DNA of 64,000 nucleotides from Callorhinchus milii (GCF_018977255.1 NW_024704743.1:91266001-91330000); one strand, 5' to 3'. Positions 1 to 13,611 are shown, counted from the first letter of the stretch. Translations and numbers: made by a program. Notes: generated by a model not told the origin, from the sequence alone.

Positions 1-485
1 CCTACACATGGAAATCCCAGAGATAAATTGTTGGAATGGAATGCACACTCTCACCCTGGAGGGACACATCCTGCTTACCTAATTCTGGAAATTATTAGGC
101 ACAGGTTGGCAGCCAAAGCTTGGGGAACGCAGAGTGTCCGTTGAGGTACTGCTGGAATCTAACCAGCTAAAAATTCAGAGCTTGCATTGATATCACTGTC
201 TGGCAAGATTTCCCCTGCTTGTGCAGCTAGGACCACCCTATCCATTAGGGCTTTGGCTTGCAGGGTTAACAGGAGCTGAGTGGGATGACTCCCTGCCCCC
301 AGTGACTGGTCCTGCTGATAAGCCAGGCTGGCTGTGCTGTCATCAGCAGTGCCCTGGAATACTGTGGAGCCGCACGGCTCAGGGACCGGAATACCAAGAT
401 CACACTAGAGAGTGGGCTGGATTCTGACATTCCTTTGCCAAGCTTGTCACCTTGGAGCCAGTTCAAGCTCCAAGGAGACTCTGGT
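1..485. repeat. Copy of the unclassified dispersed element
   Basis: Colinear match to 34336-34780 starting CCTACACATGGAAAT. Confidence 0.8.
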
Positions 486-3400
486 TATTTAAAAAAAATA
501 ACTAGCAAAAAAAGGGATCTCGTTATGTCTGCATAAGTTTGGCAAAAATGCTAAATGTAAATTGGAACTAGTGAGAACGTTTACTAAATTAGCAAGTTCC
601 CCCACAGGTGTGGTGGTGGGGAAGAGAGAAATCAGTTTCCTCTCATGCACCTTTTAGCTACTGTTTTATTTGCATCATTGACACAAACCTGAAAGTGTTT
701 TTTTGCTAATCTCTTTGGTTGAGGACTGTTGGGTGCAGATGGTATTTTCTTAAAGAGGATCCAGATTGGGTAAGTTAAAAGACATTCTGTTAATTATTTA
801 GAACAATATTCTGTTTGGCTGGGTGTATTCGTTTCCCCAATGAGGCAATAGACATACCACGGCTGGCAAACACAAACTCTGCTGCTAAATTCTCAGGATT
901 CAAAAATAAGTTTGTTTTAATATTTTGTGCTAATCCCATTATTACCATTTTATATATAAACATATGTACATTTAATTCATTTCTATGGAATGCTGCAGTA
1001 TCTTGTTTTAACAGATACTGCTTACCATCTGTGGTGCACACAGTGTCTCATTGAGGTGTAGAAATATATCTAGAAAGAAATACTGTATATATAGCATACT
1101 TTACAGGCAACGATTCACATAGGTCAAGGCACTGCAGTCGAACCAAATCATGAGAGACTGCAAATTGCATGTCAGGATATTTTACGTAACTTTCCTCTGC
1201 TACTCCAGCTAGAACCACACTACTTGTTTGGGGTTCCTTTACAATATTAGTAAGAGACAAATGGGACGAATGTTGACCTTCAGTGATAGGTCTACATATC
1301 TCAAAGTCTCACTGATGAGACAGACAGGATGATCAATCAGCGACTGTGCCTGGTTCACTCCAGACCTGCCTGGCTCAAGTATTGGATCACTCAGTCAGTC
1401 CACCAGAGTTTATTTAGCTCTGCTCATCCTTCCTTTGGCATTCAACCTCGGAACCAGCTCAATCTCACAGACAGGTCATATATCAATCTAAAACAGCTGC
1501 AAATTTTAAGTGCAATTTTTTAAAAAAAACTGAAAGCTTTATTTTTCCATCCTTTTGAAAGCTTTGCATATTTTGGAGATCTATTACATGAGTTGTATAA
1601 TTCATATATTCATGTTATAGAAGGAATTACACATGCTCTTAACCATGTAATTAACCACCAATGAAGGATATTACAGGCAATTCAAGCATCCTTGAAATCC
1701 ATCTGCTTGTCTTCAGGTGCATGTTAAAGATCCTATGATGCTATTCAAAAAAGAAAAGTGAATTTTTCCTAGTGTGCTGGCCAATAATAACTCCACATTT
1801 ATTTTTTCATTTATTTGATGGTTATTTGCTTCTGCAAATGGTTGCAGTGTTCACCAACAAAGCAGTTACTAAACTTGACATTACTCATTTTGAGATAATT
1901 GTGCATGATCAAGCGCTACACAAATTCTTACATGATGTACACGTACCCTGAAAGTATAACTATAACTATAACATAGAATAATAAAATACAAAATTTAGAA
2001 TAATAAAAATAATAATCCTTTCATTTCATACAGTGCCTTTCAGGTCAGGAGGACACTTCAAAGCACTTCATATGATTTTACCGTGAAGTCTACAGACTAT
2101 GTATTTTGTAGGCAAACGCGGCAACCGATTTGCATATAGTACTAACCTAGCCATACACTAGATATGTCCAGAGCCATATAGTTCATGTCCCAGGATGATT
2201 TTTCAGTTAGATATCATATTTTCATTTGTTTTCCTCATAAATACTTTTTACCCCAAATGTCTGCAACCATTTGTTGTTGACCTTGTTTGATGTTTTAGAA
2301 TTGCAGTTAAAAAGCACTGTGGGAGCAGCCATGTTGAGCAGCATTCTGCTTCCAGTGATGTCATGTGCAGGGACAGCAGTGGTGTGAGAACAAGAAGGAA
2401 TAAAAGTACTCAATTTGTCAAGGTATAAATCTCCTGTAAATCCATAGTGTAAAATGTAGGAATATAAAAGAGTATGGATTAACAAAAGGCCAATAATTCC
2501 AGAGATTCCAGATTTTAGCACCTGCAGAAAAGTATTATCAGGACATGCCAATCTCCGAGTAAAAGCTCTGGAAAATTTATCTGTTGCAATTGTTCAACTT
2601 TGATCTGCTCTCTTCAGAAATTTCTTCATCACTTCTTGTCTCCAGTTCAGCAGCTGAGAATCCCACTGTATCCCGTTTCTCATCTGTCCCCATCTTAATT
2701 CAGGAATCAGTAGTGATCAGAGGAGTAAATACCTGCAATAATTGGGTCTACGATGTGGTATGGGTAAGCCAGTATGGTCATTTGGGCTTGGGTTTCTCTA
2801 CCAACGAGAGTCGTTGAAGCAAAATCCACATAACTTTAAAAAAGGAATTAGACTAACACCTGAAAAGGAAAAAAATATAAAGGGATGCGGGCAAAAGGCT
2901 GGAGAGTTTACACTCTCTTAAAGAGAGCCAGCACAGGTACGATGAGGTGAATAACCTTCTTTTATACTGAAACATTTTATGATTCTGTGTGCAAATATGA
3001 ATGTAATACACCATGTGTGAACACATGTGTAATGTGTAACGACTGTTTGTGGGACATTGCTGTGCGCAATTGGCTGCTGTGTTTGCCCACAAATATACAG
3101 TCAATTCACTTTACAGTGTGTTCTGTGAAGCGCTTTGGGACGTCCTCCCGACGTGAAAAGCGCTACATCAAATGCAAGGATTATTATTATTATTATTAAT
3201 ATGTATGTCAATTGTAAACATGCGTAAAGAGGAATTACAGTTCCCTTTAATTACATAATTAACCACTGAAAATGACATGATGTAATTAACCAATAATAAA
3301 TCCCAGAGGAAAAAGCAAGTCTCCAAACACAGGCATTCTGTGAAGTGCTTTGAGATGTCTCAAAGATGTGAAAAGCCGCTATATCAAATGCAAGGATTAT

Positions 3401-4137
3401 TATTATTATGATTTGTATACCCAACAGGTAAGGAAACCATAAGATGACCATAAGATGGCAATAATCCTTTAAATGGTTACAGTCATTGAGATGTATCAAA
3501 GCGCTTTACAGAATATACTGTAAAGTGAGTTGATTATATGTTTTGTGGGCGGCAGCAAATTGCACAAGCAGTGTTTTTGTTCAGTCACAAGGGATTTTCT
3601 ACATTCTACAAGTTCTCAATCTAAAAATACATAACTGGCATTTATGTAGATCATCACTCACCGTGGCCTAACATGTTTTGAGCAGTGCACTTGACAGGAT
3701 AACTATAAGTCACAAATAGGTGCATTCAGATCTACCTGGAAATCCTTTGCTTAATGAACCATTCAAAGTCAGTCTGAAAACTGCACTTAACAGAACAATG
3801 ATTCTGAAAGCTCAATTCAAAAGGAGTTTACACTATAAATGCTTCAGAGTGGCACAAACATCTGCAAGTAATTGTCATACATGTACAAAGGTTTTCAATA
3901 AACTAAGGGACTTGCAAAACAGAACGTTTTTACACAAAATGCAAAGTTGCTCTTAGCTTTTTGAAACATCCTGCCGAAAATGATAAAGATCTTATTCTCA
4001 TTATATTAGCAACAAAATATAATAAAATCTAATTTTATTAAAATGTTCAAGCAATTTAAAACAACTATTTGCCAGTTTTCTCCACCCCCTCCTACACTAA
4101 TGCTCTCTATGGGTCTCAGGCTCTCACTGGTATCTAC

Positions 4138-4258
4138 CTCACAGTGGAAGGTGCTGCGGCTGAACCAGACCCTATTCTCACTAGAAATCTGCACACAGCA
4201 CTTTGCAGCAGATATCACTGGATAGCAATAAGAACTGAGAGACTTTGGCTGATTTGAC
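4138..4258 (-). CDS. Possible LRRCC1 coding exon 8 (unconfirmed)
   Basis: AAAG| acceptor, open only in the phase-2 frame required by exon 7, GAG|GTAGAT donor. The peptide (SNQPKSLSSYCYPV...) has no convincing similarity to LRRCC1. Confidence 0.25.
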
Positions 4259-5199
4259 CTTTAAATAACAAAACATGCTTTTTGTAGTAAGAACTCAAGA
4301 AAGATCGCAGCATGCAATTAATTGCAACCTGCTGTCATCTGTTGCCATAAATTATTCATTCAAACCTACCTTTGTTTGGGAGTTAATCTATTAAAAGTGT
4401 TTCCAGTTCTCAGAGGAGAATTACTGAAATAAGACCAGAGCGTAGCAAAAGCCTTTTTTTTGAAAAAACACAGAACTAGTTTAAAGTGTAGTCATTTTAA
4501 TAATGGTCTGCAAGCAAACAAAATGGGTTCTAGAGCTCTCGATTACGTTACTGATTAATAGTGACAATCCCTAAAAGGGAACTACAGCAACAGCTTAAGA
4601 GACAGAATGTTATTCGAAACAGTCCACAGTATCGCTAATCTCTGAATCAGCTATGAAACATAGGCAACTGTCAACCCAATGATTATCTGTCTGCAATTTG
4701 ATTTGCTTTATGAATGTGCTCTTGGGAATCGATAAGCAATCTTGTCACAAAAAGGCTGAAAGGGGCAAGGGGAAGATAAAAGCAAATCAAATATTAACCT
4801 TTTTTCTTCTGAAAAATAATGATGTTTAGAGTTTAGTGAAAGGGCAGAACAAACCATGCAGTGGAGCATACAAAGCCACTCATAAATAGATCATCCATTT
4901 TCATCCCTATTTACTCAGTGTAGTGATGGTGTACTAGTCTTTCGGTCCTTTGTTGAGCAAATACACCAACTTATGTTTCGAAACTGGTTATCATAGACAT
5001 AAAATGCCTCTCTCTACACATGGTCCCCAAATCAAATCTGTAGTTAGTCCCAATTCAGAGACCCCAAAACATTCATCCTCTCCTTGAGTCTCCGCAGGAA
5101 TGTTGGGATGTCATAGATACAACCTATAACTTATCACTTCAGGACAATCCATCGGAGCACCGAAAAGATTGAACTCTGTGCCAATTCTTACATAAAAAC

Positions 5200-5740
5200 A
5201 ATGGTTACATTTGATATTGCACGTTTCATATTGGGAGGATGCTCCAAAGCACTTCACAGGATATACTCTAAAGTATAATGACTGTATGTTTGGGAGTGAA
5301 TACAGAGCCAATTTGCACACAACAATGTCTCACAAATAGCCAGGAAGTGAATGACCAATTTGGGAGATTGTTAGCCAGGGCAATGGGAGAAAATCCCTTC
5401 TCTTTTTGAATAGTGCCATGGGATCTTTAACGTCCACATGAACAGGCAGATGGGGCCTGTTCAACGTTTCATCCAAAGGATGAAACCTCCAACAATGCAG
5501 AATACCCAAAGCACTGCACTGGAGTGTCAGCATAACACCGTATGAGTTCCAAGTCCTCACAAACTTCTGGCTCAGTGGCAAGAGTGCTACCACTAAGGAT
5601 GGCACTTCTGTTAACGCAACACTTTGCCAGCATTTGATTCGAGTGTCAGCCTAGACTGTGAGCAAAGGTTTAGACTTGGAGCTTGAACCAGAAGTTTCTC
5701 TTCTGACTCAGAGGATAGAGTGTTACCATCTGAGCCAAAT
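5200..5740 (-). mobile_element. SINE family B plus a second head fragment
   Basis: AATAGTGCCATGGGATCTTTAACGTCCAC core on + (reverse of family B). Confidence 0.75.
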
Positions 5741-6230
5741 GTAGTACTATCAGTTCAGATATGTTATTCCTGCAGCAATCTGTATGGTGGAATGATCAGC
5801 ATTGATGAAGCAGTTATAAATGGCACTCTTAGGAAAAGTGCCTCAACCCAAACTAGAGTTCACTGTAGAATTAACTATTAGGTATTGGCTAATGCCTTAG
5901 CAGGACAGTAGAAAATGGCATCTTAAGTTCAGGGTATCATTGCTGTAATTAAAGTAAAAACTTCACTTCAGGTTTGAACCTATATGCCTTGGCACTTTGC
6001 TATTTTTCTCAATAAAGAAGTTAATGCACAATTTAAAACATCACTTATTCTCTGCATGGTTAGTTGTTTTTTAAATACCTGAGATCAAACAGTCTTAAAC
6101 CTGGAACAAAATCTATATTTGTGTCTCTAAAACTGCCTACGTGTGTTTGTGTGTGTCTCTCATCCAGTTTTTACTTGGATTGGATAGCTGGCTCAGTGAC
6201 CTGCTGAAGTAAACAATGTACCTGATAAAC

Positions 6231-6450
6231 CAAATGCAAAATACTGCAGATGCTGGAAATCTGAAACAAAAACAGAAGTCACTGGGAACACTCAGCAGGT
6301 CAGGCAGCATCTATGGAGAAAGAAAAGTGAGTCAACGTTTCGGGTCCACGACCCTTCATCAGAACTGGGGCACGTTGAGAGGGAGAGGCTTTTAGGGGCT
6401 AACAAAGAGGGGGGAGGTAGGGAAAGGAAGGAAAAGGAGAAAATGGAGTT
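6231..6450 (-). mobile_element. Penelope-like element terminal fragment
   Basis: ACTGCAGATGCTGGAAATCTG...CAGCAGGTCAGGCAGCATCT...AACGTTTCGGGTC...TTCATCAGAACT followed by a purine-rich tract; a second copy lies at 60009-60150 in the opposite orientation. Confidence 0.65.
6330..6366 (-). ncRNA. Minimal type I hammerhead ribozyme motif (Penelope-type)
   Basis: Minus strand AGTT-CTGATGA-A-GGGTC-GTG-GACCC-GAAA-CGTT-GACT: CUGAUGA and GAAA cores, 5-bp stem II, palindromic AACGTT stem III, and a stem I of AGUU/GACU. Confidence 0.6.
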
Positions 6451-7350
6451 AAATTGGGTTTTACTGTAGTGCTCAGATTAGCTGATGATGTGTTGGAAAA
6501 ATGACAATGCTTGTATGAGATTAAGTCATTCGATAACACCATACAGCACCTTTTACATGGGAAGGACTGTCGAGAGTTAACTGTGCCCCACTCCCAATGC
6601 AGAAGAATCTATCAGGAAAACACATTCTTAGAGCCACACATTAAGTTCCAGGAAGAATACTGCAATATAAAAAAATGTCTTGAGGTGAGATGAGAGAGTA
6701 AATTATCTACTGTAACTATGTTAAACTCTATACTCACTTGACCCAAACAGAATGGGAAGGAAATTACAATTTGCAGAGAATTAAAAAAATTGCTGTAAGA
6801 GATACCAAATTTGAGTCTAATGAGATCTCAATTGGTGAAACCAGAATACTTCAGGTGTTTTAACTATGCTTGAAAATGTTTGAGTATGTAAAGGTCTTTG
6901 GTACACAATGTCATAAAACATGCTGACAAGCAATTATTAACAATAAGCCCTCTGGTCACGCATACAAGAGCAACTCCCCCCAACCCCTCACCCCCAAAGT
7001 CAATCATTGATAAAACAAGAGGAAAAAACAGTAATATTAAAATGTCATACTCTATCCACCATGTCATTTCACTATGAATCAAAAGGCAAGCAAATTAACC
7101 CCGTCCTTCAAATCTGTTGTAAATGATAAAGCAGTCTTTGTATTTAGTAGCTAAAGTACAACTACTGATGAAGTCTAAGCGCCAAATTGCTTTATGACTG
7201 GAATAAATGATGACACAACACAAGGTGATGCTAGTAAACAACCATTTCACGATTAATACCACATCACTGAGACATCTCAAAGTGCTTCACAATTGGGCCT
7301 CAGCATGCCCTTTGTAAATTGCATATCCTTGTAACAATATGAAGGAATAC

Positions 7351-7538
7351 CTCTCAGACTTCTTGTTCCTCTGCAGTGTGCCACTTCGTCGCTTGGAAGT
7401 TTCAGTCATTTGTTGATAACCCTGAAGCTTTGTGCGTCTGGTTCCCTTCTTGTGATTTTCTTTGCAGTTCTCAATTTCACTTCCCGAACTGTGATCAATA
7501 TCTCGCTTTGCTTTAAGTGTGCTTGAAGCAGTTGGAAC
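7351..7538 (-). CDS. LRRCC1: LRRCC1 coding exon 7
   Basis: VPTASSTLKAKRDIDHSSGSEIENCKENHKKGTRRTKL... versus human RPKRDTDITSESDYGNRKECNRKVPRRSKI; TAAG| acceptor, AG|GTATT donor (phase 2). Confidence 0.88.
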
Positions 7539-7909
7539 CTTAAGAATTAAGATATCTTGCATGAGCTGCGTTTTCTCTACTACTCAGGGTTCTTGAAATA
7601 TTGATTTTAAAAAGCCAATTCAAGTACGATTAGACTGAACAGTAATGTGACTCCTGGTTGTAAAGTAACCATTAAATCAAAGTGAAATCCATATTATCAT
7701 AGCAATTTATCATCAGTGCTGTAAACCGCGTTTTGAGAAGTCTTCAAGACGTGATAAAGTGCTATATCAAATGCAAGGATTATTATTATTAAACATTGGT
7801 ATACTTGCTCAGAAAGCTAATGTTTTTCCCCAGCCACCTTGCAAAAAAAAGTATACATATGGCTGAGCTCTGATTGTGCCTCTTTTAAAAAATTAACTTT
7901 TTAAAAAAA

Positions 7910-9040
7910 ACATTACATTTGTATAGCACCTTTCACATTGGGAGGATGTCCCAAGGCAAATACAGACAGTATTTCGGACCTGAGCTGGGGGTCAGGATTG
8001 GTGAGGGTGGAGGCGGGGGGGGGGGGGGGGAGGAGGTTGATCGAAAGCACAGTCGAAGAGGAGGGCCTTGAGGTGGTATTTGATGGAGGCAAGGGTTAGG
8101 GCGAGCGGAGGAACTGTGGAATGGAGTTCCAGAGGGTGGGGCAGAGTGGCTAAAGGCATGCCCACCAATGGTGGGGCAGGCGAGGCGGGGATGTGAAGCA
8201 GGCGGGAGCCCGCTGAGGGGGGAGCGGGCAGGATGGTAGGGGGCTAGGAGGTCGCAGAGGTAGGGGGAGCAAGGCCATGGAGGGTTTTGAAGGTGAGGAC
8301 CAGGATCTTGAACTGCATCCTCGGTGTGATGGGAAGCCAGTGGAGTCAGGCGAGGATGGGGTGATAGGGTCACGAGCCTGGTACGGGAAAGGACAAGGGC
8401 TGCAGAGTTCTGGATGATCTGCAGCCTGTGGAGGGAGGAGTTGGGGAGGCCGACAAGCAGTGAGTTTGCATAGTCGAGCCTCAATGTTATGAATGCATGT
8501 ATGAGGGTTTTGGCGACCTGTGGTGTGAGACAGTGGAGGAGCCGAGCAATGTTGCAGAGGTGGGGGAAGGCAGAGCGGGTCATGGCGCAGATGTGGGGTA
8601 GAAAGGACAGTTGAGGGTCAAACAAGACCCCGAGGCTCTGGACTGGCTTAGAAAGGTGGAGTGTGCAGCCATGGATGGTGATTTTGTCAGCGCCTGAGGT
8701 GTGGAGGCGCTGACAGGAGCCAATCAGGAGATTCAGCCTCGGTCTTGTTTACGTTCAAGTGTAGAAAGTTAACTCTCATCCAGTACTTGATGTCTGACAG
8801 ACATTCTGTCAGGACAGCAGTGGTCCTGGAATCGAGGGTGGAGGCAGAAAGATGCAGTTAGATGCCGCAGACATGGGGTCAACATGTGGAACACGTGTTG
8901 ACCCCATGTCTGTGGATGATGTCACCGAGAGGGAGCATGTAGGTATTGAAGAGGAGGGGACGGAGCCCTGAGGAACGCAGCACGAGACGGTGCAGGGGCT
9001 AGAGAAGAAACCATTTGTGGAGATGAAGCAGTGGAGATGA
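7910..9040 (-). mobile_element. L2-clade LINE, 5'-truncated (RT C-terminus + 3' UTR)
   Basis: Frameshifted RT peptides VPQGSV and LIHAFITLRLDYANSLLVGLPNSSLHRLQIIQNSAA. Confidence 0.85.
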
Positions 9041-11356
9041 TGGAGATAAAAAATACCTTTTTTAAATGAACACAACTGTGAAAGGGGTTCAGAATGACAT
9101 GGCAACACTGAATGAGAAAACATACCTAAATTAGGGCTTCTACTTTACCAATATTTATTTTAGCACTGGGTTTCAATTCACCTTACATTGTGCACAGGGA
9201 TGAGAAACCTGCAATGTCAGTTAATGGCCAAGGAATGAGATAGTCTAAACGCCCCCGCAATTCTATGTGTCGCCACTTCAGGGTTATTATGCTTTGTGTT
9301 CAAATATAGTGACCCTATCAATACATATAATGGAAAAATCATATTAAAAAATGAACATCAAAAGATTTGCTATGGTTAAGAACAATGTAGAATAAAAGCA
9401 AATGTGGCTACACAAAGTTGCATGAAATTTAGAACACCTTATTTATTCCTTGTTTTTGGAAAAAAATTCCCAGCCCTATTATTTATACACGCTTTATTTT
9501 TATTAAAAAATAGCATTTTGATGGCTGTAAATAATTACTTCTCGTCATTGTATAAATGAAGGTTAGCGAAGCTTTCACTGTACTTGTACTGAAAAAATCC
9601 CATTAAAAATGAACATCGAAAGATTTGTTATGCTTAGGTTGCAGTATATAGAATAGCTCTAATGTTGTTAACATTATTAGAAAGCAGTTTCATAAACTTC
9701 TTTTTTTGAACTAAAATTAATCTACCCATCTCAAACCAGGTTGTAGAAAGTAATAAATATTTCCAAATCTCCAAATGTCAGAGACAGGGTTTATGTAAAC
9801 GATTCAATATGTGCAGATGCCTAACTGATACCTTGTTCCAATGACTGGCTGAGATTACAATCTCACTGTAAGCAGAAAATTACTGGTGGAGTGCCAAGCT
9901 TTACAGCTCTTTGTGGTGCAGCACATTTTTTACTCATGTACCACATATTGCTGATTCCATCTGCTATTCTTTTTAAATAGATATACCTCAGTGGTACAAT
10001 AAACCAAATGCAGGCTACGGGTTTGAAGTTATAAGGCAAAGCATTTCCCTGTAGAAATTATCTGCGTCATAACGATGCTTTTGGCTTTCTAGCAAATATT
10101 TTTGCACAGAAAATTTGGGTCAACAAATCACTACTATAACACTGCTAAAGTAGCATTCATTATAAGGGGATCTTCCTAATTTAAAAGTTCTACAGTCTGC
10201 CCTCTGCTATCCTAGACTACATTAAAAAATAATGTGCACTACACTTTAAAAAAATATGTTTTTCACCTTTTACTTTCAGAAAGCAATCTTTCATGAGTTA
10301 AATGTATGAAAGAGCTGTAAGATTTTACTGGCAGAACTGAATCTGTGTGCTTTTATTCCCTCATCCTCTAATCTTTAATCCATTAATGACAACCTTGAAC
10401 ACATAGCAGTCTGAAGCAATTTCAATGCAAATTGCAACCAGTGCTTAAAATGAAAGACCAAAGGGGAGAAAAAGGCATATATAACCAAAACAGGAGTATT
10501 TGCTCTAAATTAGTGCAATTCACGTCTTATGTTGCATACATCATCATTCAACATTTTTGCATCATTTGAAAAACAAACTTCTCTCCCCAAACCCCCACAA
10601 GACAATGTTTGTGAACTGACATTTATTACTCACTATAAGTTCCCACATATTAAGAATTTCATTGAAAATCATGCTGATGCAAAAAACACACTGAGGACTT
10701 TAATGCTCAAAATCAGTAGGTGTCAAAATTTGAAAGTTATTTACAATTTTAATTTCTCACACGTTTAAGATAATGCATTTGTCTACAGCATCCCATGCAA
10801 CATTCTGTGCAGAAATGGGAACCTCTAAAAATAGGTTTTGCTGTGAGGAAACACCCAATAATCACTGGGTAAAACAATTATATAATAGTGCACAGCACAA
10901 AAAAAATCCCTGAGATTTACAGTAGAGCCTTTTTTTAAAAAAAGTTTTAATAAATACCATGAACTCTGAAGTATTTGATAATACAGAAGACCACAACATT
11001 TGTAACATGCTGAAATACCCTCAATTTAATTTAAAACAAGAATCAAAATCTAAAACCCTCGAGTCCACGGTTTATTGCTACAGCTTAGCTCCAATTATTT
11101 TTTGACAAAGGATTTAAAATTCAGAAATTATGTGAAAATGCACAAGTCACATCTCCAATTTGCCATAGAATGTGCAGCTTATATTCCAATTTTAAGCCAC
11201 CTTTGGAATTACAATGATGAATACGAGCACGCTCAAAGAACATTCTGGTTAGTATGTTAATCTACGTTACGTGAAACTGCAACGTTAAACCAAGGATATG
11301 CTGCAATGTTAAACCAAGGACATTTCCTTTAGAATGCCACCCTTCATGTCAATCAC

Positions 11357-11563
11357 CTGTTGTAACAGTTGAGAAATCTGTTGCTCCAGTTTCTTTATTC
11401 TTATTTCATTGTACAGACTGACAGCAGTTTTAGTCTGTTTTGGTGAAGAACTAGCCTCAGTGTCAGACATTGTTGCTGCAGGATCAGGTACTGTAGTGCG
11501 CTGGTGATACTGAGCAAGTACCTCATCTATTCGTGGAGTGGTCAACTGAGGTTCTACCGAAGC
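11357..11563 (-). CDS. LRRCC1: LRRCC1 coding exon 6
   Basis: ASVEPQLTTPRIDEVL...NEIRIKKLEQQISQLLQQ versus human ITAPIDEL...NEIKLQKLDDQILQLL; phase 0-0. Confidence 0.9.
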
Positions 11564-13065
11564 CTATTTATTAAGATTGAAAAGAAAAACATACAAACTC
11601 CATAATAAAACATTAGAAAATTGCTTTGAACATATAATATGAAAAATGTAATCTGGAATAAAAAATAACCATTCTGATTTTACTTCAATTTTCAGGCCAG
11701 GATGCCAGCCCCTTCCCATTGAAGCGTGACTAAGATCAGGCATTCAGCAGAATGGAGGAAGCTGAAACTATTCCATCTCTCTATGGTCACATAGCAGTAC
11801 TTTTTTTCTACTCTTTCTCTGGATGTGGAGGGGTGCTGGTATTTTGCTTGGGGGCTTCTGTTTAAATCATTGTAGTGCTTAAACAACACTTTCAAAATTA
11901 AACTGTTTGATCAAAATCTCGCAATATATCAGGAAAAAAATCCTAATTATTTCATTTGATATTGGGCCTCTCATGTTAGGAAGAGCTCTCAAAGCGTTCA
12001 CAGATTTATTATAAAGTGTAGTCACTGTGTATTTTGTAGGTGGACTGCAGCAACCAATGCAGAAAATAAATGACAGTCTTTTGACCTGCCCAGTTTCAAT
12101 GGCAAAGATCAGTGTAACTGTGTTAATCATCTCCTATTTGCGAGACCAGCATTTACAAGCACTGCCTCTTGACAGCGCTGCAACCAACTACCACAGTAGA
12201 AAGCAGTCTTCGATCAGCAAAGTGTAATACTTTCTCATGTTTTCCATACACTGAATTTTCAAACTTATTTCAACAAAATCAAAGTAAATAAAATTCAAGC
12301 AAGGCTTTTATAGTTCAAATGATAAACAAATAACTTTAGTCTCAAGAGTGAATTAAGTCAATTTATATTCTCAGTACAAATATCTGAGCTCAAGAGGATT
12401 TGCACTCACCGAGAGAACTCGGCACAAGAAAGTGTACAAACTTTTCGTTTTCCAGGCTACTTTTACGTGAATGCATAAAATGCATATATATTGTTTGTAC
12501 TGTTTTAACTCCTCCAAGACTGAGCAAATCAAAATTAATATTTAAGATATTTTGATTTTCTGCCCAATATAACATTTATGATATCCTCAAAGAGAGACAT
12601 TTTAGAGGCATTGGACAGAAACGGCAAATCCATAATAATAATCCTTGCATTTGATATAGCGCTTTTCACGTCTTCTAGACATCCTAAAGCGCTTCACAGA
12701 ATATACTGTAAAGTGAATTGACTGTATATTTGTGGGCGAACGCCATAAAATAATCATAAAACAAAATAAATAAAATAATCATTTTAGTGTTGAAAAGACA
12801 GCAGGAGAAGAAAGCACAGGTTCAGGGTTGTGAAGCACTTTGCATGAGAGAAAGATTAGTTTACACAGAGGGCAAATCAATAGCTTTATACCAGGGGAAA
12901 TGGTAAAGGTCAGAAAATTGTAATTTTATGAAACAACTTGATGCCATAATGGGGAAGGAGGATACAGCCTTGTTATAACGTGGTTCACTGGGGATAAGTG
13001 GAAAAGGCAGTTTCCCTGCATATGCTTGCAGCCAGCTCGTGCCCTATGTGCTCGATGCTTCCCGC

Positions 13066-13293
13066 GCTGATTTCCAGATCATCAGATTCTTGTTGACATC
13101 ACTTCCTTCTTTACACATCCACAGCAAATGGGAAGTGATGTCAACTGGACCCTGTTGGCCTGAAAGTTGGCCTTTATTTTATATGGGAGTTAAAATAGCC
13201 AACTTCTGGTCATTAGATTGACATTGGTGTCACTTCCTGCTTTGCACCTGCTCAGCCAATAGGAAACGACGTTGGAATGACTCGGAAATCAGT
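13066..13293. other. Nested inverted-repeat (cloverleaf) element, MITE-like or structured RNA
   Basis: Outer stem of ~17 bp enclosing three hairpins, one a perfect 15-bp inverted repeat. Confidence 0.6.
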
Positions 13294-13611
13294 CATTGTA
13301 GCGCAAAATCTGTCTGGTGTGCAGGAATCCTGCAGTGGGACGCACACTTGCACGGTGAATGGGGTCAACAGTGCTGAATTGGCAATACAACAAAGTATGT
13401 CATAATGTGGCTGCAGTGCAATTTGGAAGGATGAGATTAAATGGGACAAAAAATCTTCTCATGTGATCACAATTAGTTATTATAATAATATTGCACCTTT
13501 CATGTCGTTGAGACATCTCAAAGCGCTTCACAGGATATTCTGTAAATTGGAGTGACTATATATTTTGAGAGCGATTGGATTGACCTGAGCTAGAATTCCC
13601 CACAGAGCATA

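Noticed and set aside
6511..6693. Plus-strand exon-like ORF ending GAG|GTGAGA
   Set aside because: No homology recognised and no partner exons found.
7933..8625. 230-aa ORF as a host gene
   Set aside because: Frameshifted L2 reverse-transcriptase remnant.
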